A stretch of 64,000 nt of DNA from a virus (taxonomy: Duplodnaviria; Caudoviricetes): the IMG/VR virus record IMGVR_UViG_3300033121_002344, positions 3,888-67,887 of that record. One strand, written 5' to 3'. The translations under genes were made by a program, and so were the position numbers. Within the stretch, counting starts at the first letter, position 1. Every line of letters begins with the position of its first letter. Under the pieces are notes generated by a model, which ran no database searches, had not been told where the DNA came from, and saw nothing but the letters and a program-made list of their open reading frames with translations. This document shows positions 1-9,083 of the stretch, piece by piece.

Positions 1-136
1 CGTCGCCGGGGAAGACGGTCGCGGTCCCCACCACCTCCGCATCGAACCGCACGAGGAGGAGCTCCCGGGTGCTCGGGAAGTATCGGTGGCTGTTCTCGCT
101 GGTGAGCGCGAACGAGCGCCGGATCCGGTCAGACAC
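1..136 (-). CDS. 5' part of a probable baseplate/tail gene (runs off the window)
   Basis: GTG at 136 overlaps the end of the upstream gene; open frame MSDRIRRSFALTSENSHRYFPSTRELLLVRFDAEVV...; function from position only. Confidence 0.4.
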   Translation of the reverse strand, partial: MSDRIRRSFALTSENSHRYFPSTRELLLVRFDAEVVGTATVFPGD

Positions 137-1268
137 CCGCCACCCCCTGGACCGCCCCCGCCGGGTCGAGCGCGTCCGTCAGGACCAGCGGGATGTAGAG
201 GACCTCCAGGTCGTCGGGCACCACCGAGCTCTCGATCCCGTTCGCCGAGGCGATGCGCCTCCACTCGTCCGCGTTCCCGTAGTAGCGGAGCGCCAGTACC
301 CGCAGGTCCTCCTGCCGCCGAGGGTGGATGACCGCAAAGACGTCCGGCCGCACCAGCGCCTCGACCCGCACCCGCGTCGACCAGAAGATCTCCAGGACCT
401 CGTAGGCCCGCTCGATGATCTCGTATCGGTCGAGGGCCTGGAGGAGCAGCGTCGCGACGTCGTCGGAGACTGCGGTCTCGGCCGGGAACAGATCGCCCAG
501 CACCTCCGCGGTCCCCGCCGCGCTCTCCGCGGCCTGCCCGAGCGCCGACGAGACGTCGTCCGCGGTCCGGGCTGGAACCTGCCCCTCGTCGCCGATCGTC
601 TGCGCCGCCCCCGAGAGGCTGTCGACCGCCGCCGACTCCGCGAGGGCGTGGTCCTGGAGGAGCCCCTTCGTCACCTCGAAGACCGTCTGGGCGAGCCCCA
701 CGTAGTAGCCGACGTCCTCGACGAACCGCCCGATGATCTGCCGCATGTCGTCGGCCGCGATCGCCGCCAACGCCACGTCGTCTCGGAGCGGCCCGCTGCT
801 TCGAAGGTCCGGCCGAAGCGCCGGCCGTGTCGACTCCGCCGACCACTCGAGAGTCATCTCCCAGCCGAGGTAGTCGAGGCCCCCGGAGGGCTGCCCAGGT
901 GTGATCTTCAGCTTCCGGATCACCCCCTGGCGCTCCAGGGTCGACCAACTGACGCGCAGCTGGGCCCCTTGGTCGCAGAGGGTCTCGAAGGTCTCGGCCA
1001 GCGAGATCGCCGTGTCCTCGCCGAGGTACCGGTCCTTCCAGACCCCGTTGATGGTCGTCGGGTTCAGCTTCCGCCCGAACACCAGCTGCGTCGCCCGTGG
1101 GTTGCCTTGGTACCAGACCGTCTTCACCCTCTGCTCGCGTTCGAGCGCGAACTGCCCGTCTGCCCCCGCCCGGTAGGGGAGGGCTCGACCCGACAGGACG
1201 ATCTCGCGACCAGCCAGCGGACCTTCGAGGACGAGGAAGACGAAGTCGGTCGTGTCGGAGCGCGCCAC
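129..1268 (-). CDS. Tail tube initiator/baseplate protein with C-terminal LysM-like domain
   Basis: C-terminal DLRVLALRYYGNADEWRRIASANGI...LYIP is LysM-like; follows the tape measure gene as in myophages. Confidence 0.7.
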   Translation of the reverse strand: MARSDTTDFVFLVLEGPLAGREIVLSGRALPYRAGADGQFALEREQRVKTVWYQGNPRATQLVFGRKLNPTTINGVWKDRYLGEDTAISLAETFETLCDQGAQLRVSWSTLERQGVIRKLKITPGQPSGGLDYLGWEMTLEWSAESTRPALRPDLRSSGPLRDDVALAAIAADDMRQIIGRFVEDVGYYVGLAQTVFEVTKGLLQDHALAESAAVDSLSGAAQTIGDEGQVPARTADDVSSALGQAAESAAGTAEVLGDLFPAETAVSDDVATLLLQALDRYEIIERAYEVLEIFWSTRVRVEALVRPDVFAVIHPRRQEDLRVLALRYYGNADEWRRIASANGIESSVVPDDLEVLYIPLVLTDALDPAGAVQGVAGV

Positions 1269-1297
1269 CCGCGCACTCTACACCGACGCCCGCCCAA

Positions 1298-2965
1298 TCA
1301 CCCGGGCCCGAAGGCCGTCGCCCGCCCCGCCGCCGTCGAGGAGAGGGCCCGCTCCCCGAGTTTCTCCAGCCCCTCCTTGAACTCCACGAAGACGCGGTCG
1401 GGGTCCTGGTCGCGGAGGTCCTGGTGGACCTCGATCTTCCCGATGTTCTGCTCCAGCAGCGGACGCTTGGTGCCGAGCGTGTCCTTCAGGATCTGGTCGC
1501 GCTCCGCCTTCGTCATCCCGACGTTCTTCTTCACAGCGTCGGCCACCCGGTCTTCCTTGGCGACGCCGGCCGCCTTCTCCTTCGCGGCCGTCTGCCGCTC
1601 GAAGCCGCCCAGCCAGGTGTCGAAGAGCTCTGCGTTCTTGGCCGCGATCTTCCCCGCGCCCCCGGGGAGGATCTTCAACAGCTGCACGAACGGCCGGACG
1701 ATCTTCAGCATCTTGAGGTAGAGGCCGTCGAGCATCGCGTCGAGCTTCGCCCAGCTGCTCTCGCCGGTCATGTACCGCACCACCTCGCGGATCACCTTGA
1801 AGCTCTGCACCGCGCTGTCGAGGAAGCCGACCAGCCCCTGCCAGCCCGCCACGATGACCGAGACCCCGTCGCCCACCAGACCCGTGAGCCCCGAGTATTC
1901 CGAGAGCCATACCGCGCCCTCGACCAACAGGCCCACGAAGTCGGAGCCCACCTCCCAGGCGTGCGTGAGGCCGTCGATGACGCCGTCGATGGCGTCCTTG
2001 TGGAGCTCCGTCCAGTCGACGATCTTCTGCACCACGTCGCCGATCGTGTCGTAGGCCGCCTTCGTCGACCGTTGGATGACCCCGTCCAGAAAGATCTTCC
2101 ACCGGACGGTCGCCTCCTCGGTCCCATCGGTCACGGCCTTGATGGGCGCCGCGAGCTTCTTCAGCGCCGCCCCCACCTTCACGATCTTCTGCTCCATCGT
2201 GTCGGTCTTCTTGATCCCCGCCTCCATGGAGAGCGACAGGCCCAACGGATCCTTCGAGCGCGAGCGCCCGCGCCGCAGCAGGTCGATCACCACCGAGGTC
2301 GCCGCCCCCGCGTCCTGGCCGAACACCACCGCAGCCTTGGTGGCATCACCAGAGAGCTCCGCGATATTTGCCCACGACTTCCCGACCCCGCTCAGCATCG
2401 GCAGCAGAGCCCCAAAGGCCGTCCGCACCGTCGCTGTCGGAACCGCCGCCTCCATGGCGGTCTCGCGGAACTTCGACCGCAGCGCGTCCGCCACCACCCC
2501 CGCGCGCTCGAAGGCTGCCGTCGTCCCGTCGAGGAACTTCGGCATCCCGCCCATGCGGTCGAACTCGACCTTGACGCCCCCGATGGTCTGCCCGATCGCG
2601 GTCATGGCGAGCGTCGTCCCGACGAGCTTGTCCTGCGCCTGGTCCCAGGCCTCGTTGAGCTCCCAGCCGCGCGCCACCCACTCACCGATGCTCTGCGGGA
2701 TGGAGAGCTTCTGCATCGCCAGCCGCTGGAGCGCGCCGCTGAGCCCGTTCACCTGCTCGACCACCTGACCGAGCCCGGGGATCTCGCGCATGACAGCGAT
2801 CGGGCCGCCGCCGAGAAAGCGCTTCAGGCCGCCGGCTGCCTTCTCGACTTTCTTGTCGGCCGCCTTCGCGGCCTCCCCGACCCGGTTCACCTGGTCGACG
2901 ACCTGGCTCCCCTTCTGGACCCCGAACTGGAGGATGACCTTGTGGATCGTCGTGACGTCGGCCAT
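1298..2965 (-). CDS. Tape measure protein
   Basis: 555 aa, Ala/Gly-rich and helical (MADVTTIHKVILQFG...), directly after the chaperone; start re-called to ATG 2965. Confidence 0.8.
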   Translation of the reverse strand: MADVTTIHKVILQFGVQKGSQVVDQVNRVGEAAKAADKKVEKAAGGLKRFLGGGPIAVMREIPGLGQVVEQVNGLSGALQRLAMQKLSIPQSIGEWVARGWELNEAWDQAQDKLVGTTLAMTAIGQTIGGVKVEFDRMGGMPKFLDGTTAAFERAGVVADALRSKFRETAMEAAVPTATVRTAFGALLPMLSGVGKSWANIAELSGDATKAAVVFGQDAGAATSVVIDLLRRGRSRSKDPLGLSLSMEAGIKKTDTMEQKIVKVGAALKKLAAPIKAVTDGTEEATVRWKIFLDGVIQRSTKAAYDTIGDVVQKIVDWTELHKDAIDGVIDGLTHAWEVGSDFVGLLVEGAVWLSEYSGLTGLVGDGVSVIVAGWQGLVGFLDSAVQSFKVIREVVRYMTGESSWAKLDAMLDGLYLKMLKIVRPFVQLLKILPGGAGKIAAKNAELFDTWLGGFERQTAAKEKAAGVAKEDRVADAVKKNVGMTKAERDQILKDTLGTKRPLLEQNIGKIEVHQDLRDQDPDRVFVEFKEGLEKLGERALSSTAAGRATAFGPG

Positions 2966-2975
2966 GCCGCCGACC

Positions 2976-3631
2976 CTACCCGAACCGCATCCCCGGTGCC
3001 TCCCGGACGAGCTCCTCAAGCTCCTCACGGATCAGCCGCACCTTCCACCGCGGCATCCGTTCGAGCTCCGCGATCGACTGGTGGCCGAAGTAGGCGATGA
3101 AGACGAGCTCCCGGTAGCGCCCGCGCCGCCGCTCGCGAAGCTCGGCCCGCGCGACCCGAGCCCCCGCGAGCCGACGCCCTACCGCACCGCCACGCTGCCG
3201 AAAAAATCGGCGTCTTCCTCGTCGGTCGTGTTGTGGAGGAAGCCGAAGCCCTGGACAGCCAGCTTCCGGACCTTCGGGCTCCACCGCGCCAGGAGGATCT
3301 CGTCCTCGTTGGCGCTCTTGTTGACCGGCCGCCCGTCCACCTCGGCCAGCGAGCGCCGCAGGAGCCGAATCGCCGTCTGGTGGTTCGAGGAAGCGGTCCC
3401 GCCCGTCTCGAAGACCGCCGACTCCTCCTCGAAGGTGAGCTCATGGAGCCCGATCGTCTTTGGGTCGTTCGCCTGCCTGACCTTCTCGGGGATCGTGAAG
3501 GTGTGGACCCTTCGCCTCATCGCCTGCGGGAGCCCGTCCTCGATGCCGGGCAGCCGGTCCGCCAGCGTCGGGCTCGCGCCCTCGTCGAGGCCCTCCGCCC
3601 CTCCCTTCGGGAGAATCGTCTTCGTCGCCAT
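2976..3631 (-). CDS. Tail assembly chaperone, -1 frameshift-extended form (gpGT-like, about 218 aa)
   Basis: Slippery T-TTT-TTC at 3206-3200; the -1 frame stays open to 2976 and encodes RELVFIAYFGHQSIAELERMPRWKVR. Confidence 0.75.
3179..3631 (-). CDS. Tail assembly chaperone (gpG-like, 150 aa)
   Basis: GAAGGAGG SD before ATG 3631; lies between tube and tape measure. Confidence 0.8.
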   Translation of the reverse strand: MATKTILPKGGAEGLDEGASPTLADRLPGIEDGLPQAMRRRVHTFTIPEKVRQANDPKTIGLHELTFEEESAVFETGGTASSNHQTAIRLLRRSLAEVDGRPVNKSANEDEILLARWSPKVRKLAVQGFGFLHNTTDEEDADFFGSVAVR

Positions 3632-3687
3632 GTCGCCTCCTTCAATGGCCCGCGCGAGCCCGGTCTTCGGTCGGGCTCGGGGCTGCT

Positions 3688-4131
3688 CTACGTGGTGATG
3701 ATCTTCGCGGTGTCGGCCGCGAAGCTGATGTCGACCGCCACGTACTCGTCCCGGCCGCCCGTCCCGAGCTTGATCGGGTCGAACTTGATATCGGGGATGA
3801 GGACGCGGGGCCGAGACCCGTTCGGGAAGTTGTAGGTGGCCGTGATGTTGATGACGCCCTGGCCCGCCGGCACCCTGCGCTGCGTCCGCTGCATCAGGAA
3901 GTCGATCAGCTTCAGGGCCTGGTCGCCCTCGGGGTGGAGGGTGAAGCTCCCGCTGACGCCGTCGAAGACGTCGTCGTGACGCTGCGTGCGCTCCCCAAGG
4001 TACCCCTCCTCCATCTTCTTGAACTGGAAGGTGACCTCGAGGTTCTTGATGGCCGTGATCTCGGCCAGGATGCGCCCGTCCTGGGCGAGTCGGACGGTGA
4101 CTTCTTGGCCGCGAAGGCGGAGCTCGCTCAT
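3688..4131 (-). CDS. Tail tube protein
   Basis: 147 aa, beta-rich (MSELRLRGQEVTVRL...), immediately after the sheath. Confidence 0.75.
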   Translation of the reverse strand: MSELRLRGQEVTVRLAQDGRILAEITAIKNLEVTFQFKKMEEGYLGERTQRHDDVFDGVSGSFTLHPEGDQALKLIDFLMQRTQRRVPAGQGVINITATYNFPNGSRPRVLIPDIKFDPIKLGTGGRDEYVAVDISFAADTAKIITT

Positions 4132-4180
4132 GGGCGGATCTTTGGCAGACCCGGGCCAGGCCGGCAAGACCTGGCCCTAA

Positions 4181-4192
4181 CAACCCGGGTTG
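4181..4192. repeat. Dispersed palindrome copy 1 (TAA-CAACCCGGGTTG-CTT)
   Basis: Exact 12-bp core, 1 nt past the sheath stop. Confidence 0.95.
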
Positions 4193-4193
4193 C

Positions 4194-5897
4194 TTAGACG
4201 GAGGTCTCGATCGTCACCGTCTCCCCGACCTGCGCCTGGAAGACGATCTGGTCCATCGAGGCCAGCGTCTTCACCTTCCCGATCAGCACGAAGATCCCCA
4301 GGGCCTCCTGGGCCTCCGAGTTGCCGCTCTTGCTGTCGAGCAGGAAGTCCGCGATCCGCTGACGGGCCGTGTTCTCCGGGCTGAGCAGGCCGTCCAGGAA
4401 GCTGTAGACCTCCCCGACCAGGCTGTCCTTCCGGTCCGGCACCCCGAGCTTCTTGACGTACGGGGCCATGATGGCCGCCACCGAGTCCTCGACGTAGTCC
4501 CGCATCCGCCGCCGGGCGATCGGAGCGTTCGTCAGGTCGGCCGTCACCCCGCTCTGGAAGACCCACTTCCCGATCGACGGGTCGTAGCGGAGCGCCGCGA
4601 TCCCCGCGGCCTTGAAGAGCTCGTAGTCGCTCTCCTCGAAGGCCGTCGGGAGGCCGGTTGTCGTGAGACCCGGCTCCAGGCGCCGCAGCCCGTAGCCCAG
4701 GAAGTCGGTCTCCTGGCCCGGGTTCTCTTCCGGGTTCAGCTGCGAGAGCAGGACCGCCATCGCGCTGTCCGCACCGAGCATCACGTTGCCGGTGAGGCTC
4801 GAGTTGAAGGCCGCGACGTCCGAGATGTACTGCTCGTAGTGGGGGTAGCAGAAGACGACCCGGTCCGTCCGGTTCGCCCCCACCCCACCGACCCCGCTCC
4901 CCGCCACGTAGCCGTCGCCCGTGTCGGTCGACCCGCGCGCATCCGCACTCACCGTCCCGAGCGGAGCCCTGAGGAGTGCCACCCGCCCGTAGCCAATCGC
5001 CGAGCTATCGATCGCGTTCGCCTTCAGGGCCGCCCGGATCGCCGCCGACTGCCGTGCCGAAGCGATGATTCCGATCATGCTCGTCGGGCTCGTCGCGTCG
5101 CTGTTCGGCTTCGTCGAGTCGATCGCCGTCGAGTAGGCCGCGTCGATCTCGCTGGAGGTGAGGGGCGTCAACGGATCGGTGTTCGCCGTGCTGCTGTCGA
5201 GCACACCCGTCGAGCAGGCCACGACGATGCTCGGCAGCGACGTCCCCGCCCCGATGCCGGCGCGCGCGAGATCGGTCGAGTCCACCTGCGTGACGTCCCC
5301 GACCGCGTTCTCCGCCACCCCTTGGGTGCTGTAGACCGGCACGCCCGTGACCGTCCGCGTGGAGTAGCTGGTCGCCGTCGACGAGTAGGCGCTGTGCGCC
5401 GCCGTCGTCAGGCTCGTTCCCGCCGCGATCACCACGTCCGCCGAGAGCGCGAACTCGCGCGTCGTGTGCGCCGGGTCCCGAACCCGCGTCCCCGCCGGGA
5501 TCAGCAGATCCTTCGCGAGCGGGGTCGGGGTTCCGGTCACCTTCAGGGTGATGCCTTCGGCGAGATCGAGGTCCGCCCGCACCAAGACGATGCGGCTGAA
5601 GCTCTTGCCCTTCAACCAGCAGAAGGCGTTGCCGTTCCCGTAGCGGTTGACGTCGAAGCCGAGCGGGTCGCTCACCGAGCCGCTGAAGCCCCCGAAGGCC
5701 CGGATCGTCTGGTCGCCCTCGACCTCCGTCGGGGTGTTGAAGGGGCCCTTCGACCACTCCCCGACGAGCGCCAGGATGCCGCTCAGGATGCCGCCGAAGA
5801 CCCCAGGCGGGTTGAGATCCACGACCGTCACGCCCTCGATGGCGTTGATCTGGGCGGTCGTCGGAAAGTTGGAGAAGCGCCGGAAGAAGCCTGCCAC
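4194..5897 (-). CDS. Contractile tail sheath protein
   Basis: 567 aa; N-terminal EGVTVVD...LVGEWSKGPFNTPTEV and C-terminal RRMRDYVEDSV...YSFLDGL sheath motifs; GGAGG SD. Confidence 0.9.
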   Translation of the reverse strand: MAGFFRRFSNFPTTAQINAIEGVTVVDLNPPGVFGGILSGILALVGEWSKGPFNTPTEVEGDQTIRAFGGFSGSVSDPLGFDVNRYGNGNAFCWLKGKSFSRIVLVRADLDLAEGITLKVTGTPTPLAKDLLIPAGTRVRDPAHTTREFALSADVVIAAGTSLTTAAHSAYSSTATSYSTRTVTGVPVYSTQGVAENAVGDVTQVDSTDLARAGIGAGTSLPSIVVACSTGVLDSSTANTDPLTPLTSSEIDAAYSTAIDSTKPNSDATSPTSMIGIIASARQSAAIRAALKANAIDSSAIGYGRVALLRAPLGTVSADARGSTDTGDGYVAGSGVGGVGANRTDRVVFCYPHYEQYISDVAAFNSSLTGNVMLGADSAMAVLLSQLNPEENPGQETDFLGYGLRRLEPGLTTTGLPTAFEESDYELFKAAGIAALRYDPSIGKWVFQSGVTADLTNAPIARRRMRDYVEDSVAAIMAPYVKKLGVPDRKDSLVGEVYSFLDGLLSPENTARQRIADFLLDSKSGNSEAQEALGIFVLIGKVKTLASMDQIVFQAQVGETVTIETSV

Positions 5898-5917
5898 GTT
5901 CGATACCTCCTGGGCGC

Positions 5918-6583
5918 TTAGCGTCCGCCCTCGACCTCATCTACCACGCCGCGGAATCTCGGGGACAGCGCCGGAGCCGTCCGCACCACGCAGTGCTGCA
6001 TCCGACCCGTCACCTCCAGCTGCGCCAACCACCGGTTTCGCTTCACCGTCTCCGCCGAGTCGAGCAGCTGGATCCCGCCCAGGCTGAAGCGCGCCTTCCG
6101 CCGGTAGTAGCTCTCGACCTCCACCAGCCGGCCAAGCCGCGTCCCCGACGAGGTCGCGGTCGGGAGCTCGATGAAGAGGTCCTCGGCCGCCCCCAGGATC
6201 GCGTCCCGCTGGGCCCGGCTCTTCCCCCGCACCACCACCAGGAAGGTCCCCACCCACTCCCCCAGCGCCACCAAGACCCGCCCGCCCGTGCCGTCGGTCG
6301 TCCAGGTGTCGTCCAGGTACCGGGGCCCCAGGTCCGACTCCTCCTCGGTCAGCTTGTCGGGCAGCACCGCCGCCGCCGGCACCATCCCGTTCTCCGAGAG
6401 CGCCCGCTTCTCGAAGTCCGCCCAGCTGTCGTGGATGGCCTCGGTTGGCATGCGCTCCGGGGTCGCCGTCGCCGGGTAGCTCCACTCGAGCTCCCCCAGG
6501 AGAGACGCGAGCGCGCCCCCCATCGCGCCGCGCGCATCCCTCGTCTTCTGGAACGGGTACCGCTCAGGGTCCTGTGGAAGCAT
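5918..6583 (-). CDS. Probable tail terminator/completion protein
   Basis: 221 aa just upstream of the sheath; SD present; function from synteny. Confidence 0.55.
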   Translation of the reverse strand: MLPQDPERYPFQKTRDARGAMGGALASLLGELEWSYPATATPERMPTEAIHDSWADFEKRALSENGMVPAAAVLPDKLTEEESDLGPRYLDDTWTTDGTGGRVLVALGEWVGTFLVVVRGKSRAQRDAILGAAEDLFIELPTATSSGTRLGRLVEVESYYRRKARFSLGGIQLLDSAETVKRNRWLAQLEVTGRMQHCVVRTAPALSPRFRGVVDEVEGGR

Positions 6584-6586
6584 CCC

Positions 6587-7279
6587 TCACCTCACCGGCG
6601 TGGCCGGCTTCATCCGGAGCTCCTGCTCCAGGTTCTTCTCGAAGGCCTCGCGGATCTTCGGCGCCGCCCGCCCCAACACATGCAGGCCCGGGCGCGCCGT
6701 CCGAGCCGCCTTCCGGCTGATCGCCATCGCGACCCTGACCGCCTCCGCCGGGTCCTGGACGTTCAGCTTCCGCCGCACCCACTGCGCCAAGGGCGCGATA
6801 GGGATCGGGGCCGGCCGCCGCCCCTCCTCGATCACCCCCGCCTTCACCGGTGGGTTCGGGCTCGAATAGAAGATCCCGCTCCCATCGGGCAGCGCCTCGT
6901 CGCGCCACGAGGCCTTGTAGTCGCCCGTGTCCACCGGGGCCCGGTACCCCGCGGGAGCCGGCCGGGGCGCCGCTGAAGCCCCACCCGCCCCCTTCCGGGC
7001 CCTCTTCGGCCGACCCTCCTTCGGGCGGAGCCGCTTCAAGAGCCGCCGCACCTTCGTCCCCAGCCCCACCGGCTTCGGCGGGTTCTTGACCACCGGCCGC
7101 CGAGGGAGGCTGGGAGGCCCGCCCCCCTCCCAACCTCCCCCGGCGATCGACCACTGGATCCACCGGTGCGCGTCCATGGCGAGCGTCCGCCGGATGGCCC
7201 GGGTCATCGCCCGCCGGTCGTTGGCCGCCAGCCGCACCATCAGCGGGGCCAGGAGCTTCAGGCTGATCGGCTCATCCAA
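6587..7279 (-). CDS. HK97 gp10-like neck/tail-completion protein
   Basis: RAPVDTGDYKASW and GVIEEG motifs; TTG start overlaps the upstream stop. Confidence 0.65.
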   Translation of the reverse strand: MDEPISLKLLAPLMVRLAANDRRAMTRAIRRTLAMDAHRWIQWSIAGGGWEGGGPPSLPRRPVVKNPPKPVGLGTKVRRLLKRLRPKEGRPKRARKGAGGASAAPRPAPAGYRAPVDTGDYKASWRDEALPDGSGIFYSSPNPPVKAGVIEEGRRPAPIPIAPLAQWVRRKLNVQDPAEAVRVAMAISRKAARTARPGLHVLGRAAPKIREAFEKNLEQELRMKPATPVR

Positions 7280-7931
7280 GGTCCTCGACCTCACCGTCTC
7301 GCGCCCGCGCCCCCTCGGCCCGCTCCAAGGTGATCGGCCGCCAGCAGAACCCGAACTGCGCCCGCTCCGGCGAGCCCGCCAGGACGAAGCGCCGACGCGC
7401 AGGCGCCAGGTCGACGCTGTGCCGGCCACCCGCCGTCAGGGGTGCTCCGCGACCCGCCGGCCGTGCCTCCACGATCTCCCAGAAGAACGAGACCCCGTCC
7501 CGCAGCGACTGGGGGTGGTCGGGGTCCCGGTACTCGGGCAGCAGCCCCCGCAGGACCTCCTCCGAGTAGGAGAGGCTGACCTGGTCGACCTGCACCGTCC
7601 CCTCCTCCTCCGAGCCCAGAGCCGAGGAGGTGTCGGAGAGCGCCGAGAGCCCCACCACCGATGGGGTCGGGAGGAGCTCCTCCTCGCGCAGCAACGACGG
7701 CCGCCCCACCCCGCGCTCCCCGTCCTCGAGTCGAAGCTCCCGACCGCGGATCACCCCGTCCCCGTCCGCGTCCGCCGACCACCCCACCCACACCAGGAAG
7801 ACGCGGTACGGTCGGCCCCCGAAGTCGGTGTACAGCTGCCGGAGGTCGTCCGCGACCGGCACCAGGTCCTCCACCAGCGATCGGCGGATCTCCGTGTCGC
7901 CCAACGGCCGGAACCAGCTTGGCTTCGCCAC
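7272..7931 (-). CDS. Probable head-closure (stopper) protein
   Basis: 219 aa in the neck position; coding-like codon use. Confidence 0.5.
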   Translation of the reverse strand: MAKPSWFRPLGDTEIRRSLVEDLVPVADDLRQLYTDFGGRPYRVFLVWVGWSADADGDGVIRGRELRLEDGERGVGRPSLLREEELLPTPSVVGLSALSDTSSALGSEEEGTVQVDQVSLSYSEEVLRGLLPEYRDPDHPQSLRDGVSFFWEIVEARPAGRGAPLTAGGRHSVDLAPARRRFVLAGSPERAQFGFCWRPITLERAEGARARDGEVEDLG

Positions 7932-7932
7932 C

Positions 7933-8361
7933 TCAGACTCCGTTCAGGACCCGCACGTTCATCGAGTGGCCCGCGCCCCCGTGCCTCGGCGAGTACGGGT
8001 TCATCGGAGCCCCGAGTGTCATCGCCAGCTTCCCGCACCACCGCATGTACTCGCCTTCGAGGAGGTCGCCCTCCGTCGCCTCGGTGTTGTTGCTGCGGAG
8101 CTTCATGTCCCCCAGCTGCTGGGCCTTCAGGCGCTTCATCGAGTCCACCTGCTGGCTCTCGATCGCGTCCATGACGGCGATGAGCTCCTGGACCAACGAG
8201 ACCGCCGACGGGATGATCCGGTCCATCGCGAGCTCCACCAGGTAGAGGCTCTGCTGGCTCGACGGGATGCCGGCCACCATCGAGCTCACCGGCTCGGTGT
8301 TGGGGTAGCCAAGGTGGTAGCGCACCCGCGCGCGGTCAGCTTCGGAGAGTCGGACAGCCAC
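7933..8361 (-). CDS. Probable head-tail adaptor
   Basis: 142 aa helical protein (LSEADRARVRYHLGYP) in the first neck position. Confidence 0.55.
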   Translation of the reverse strand: MAVRLSEADRARVRYHLGYPNTEPVSSMVAGIPSSQQSLYLVELAMDRIIPSAVSLVQELIAVMDAIESQQVDSMKRLKAQQLGDMKLRSNNTEATEGDLLEGEYMRWCGKLAMTLGAPMNPYSPRHGGAGHSMNVRVLNGV

Positions 8362-8400
8362 CTGCGAAGGATGGATCGAACGCCACCCGGGTGGCTAGCT

Positions 8401-8805
8401 CTAGGCCGCCGGCTGGGGCTGGGGAGCGTCGAGGGCCTTCAACTTCACACCCCGGCTCTGGAGCTCCGCGATGTCGTACTGGTTCGCGTCGATCTCCTTC
8501 CCCGCCTGAAGGATGAAGCGGCTCGCGCCGCGCGTCACCTCGGCCCGCTCCAGCACCCGGAAGCGCGCCGGGGCCTTCTTGGCCGCCTCGGGAGCCGGGA
8601 GCGGCTTCACCACCACCCGCGTGTCCTTCGGCCGGTTGATCTTCAGGTTCTCCAGCGCCCGCTTCGCCGCCTCGTCGTTGGCCTTCGCGCTCGCCTTCGC
8701 CTTCTGGGCATCCGTCTCGGGCACCGGAGGCTGGGCCTCGTCGGTGAAAGGGATCTGGCTCACCAGGTCCTGCACGTCGCCAGGCGTTGCTCGTCTCGTC
8801 GCCAT
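8401..8805 (-). CDS. Hypothetical protein after the major capsid gene
   Basis: AAGGAGGAG SD before ATG 8805; 134 aa. Confidence 0.7.
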   Translation of the reverse strand: MATRRATPGDVQDLVSQIPFTDEAQPPVPETDAQKAKASAKANDEAAKRALENLKINRPKDTRVVVKPLPAPEAAKKAPARFRVLERAEVTRGASRFILQAGKEIDANQYDIAELQSRGVKLKALDAPQPQPAA

Positions 8806-8849
8806 CTGCTCCTCCTTCTTCGAAAGGGTGCTTCGGGCACCCGCGCTCC

Positions 8850-8919
8850 AAAACGAAAGGCCGGGCAGGCATCCGCGGTCCGAAGACCGGAAGGGGTCGC
8901 CCCCTTTGCCCACCCGGCC
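8850..8919 (-). terminator. Branched (three-way junction) RNA with a U-rich tail; terminator-like or ncRNA domain
   Basis: 13-bp closing stem, AAGGGG-GCGA-CCCCUU and CGGUC-UUCG-GACCG arms, then UUUCGUUUU. Confidence 0.6.
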
Positions 8920-9083
8920 CCTCTGATACGCAGGGTCAAGTCCACCCTGGAGCGCCGCCGGCCGAAGCCGTCGACACCTCTCCATCTCCTACCCGACCTC
9001 CGTGGAGGCCTGCGCAGCCGAGCGCTCAACCGCACCTGGGCAGGAGACGCTACCGGGGCCGCCGATGCAGCCCCGGGGAGATC

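Noticed and set aside
8859-8919. c-di-GMP-I riboswitch or hammerhead ribozyme
   Set aside because: GGCAAA is present but the GGGACGCAAAGC core is not; no CUGAUGA/GAAA hammerhead core.
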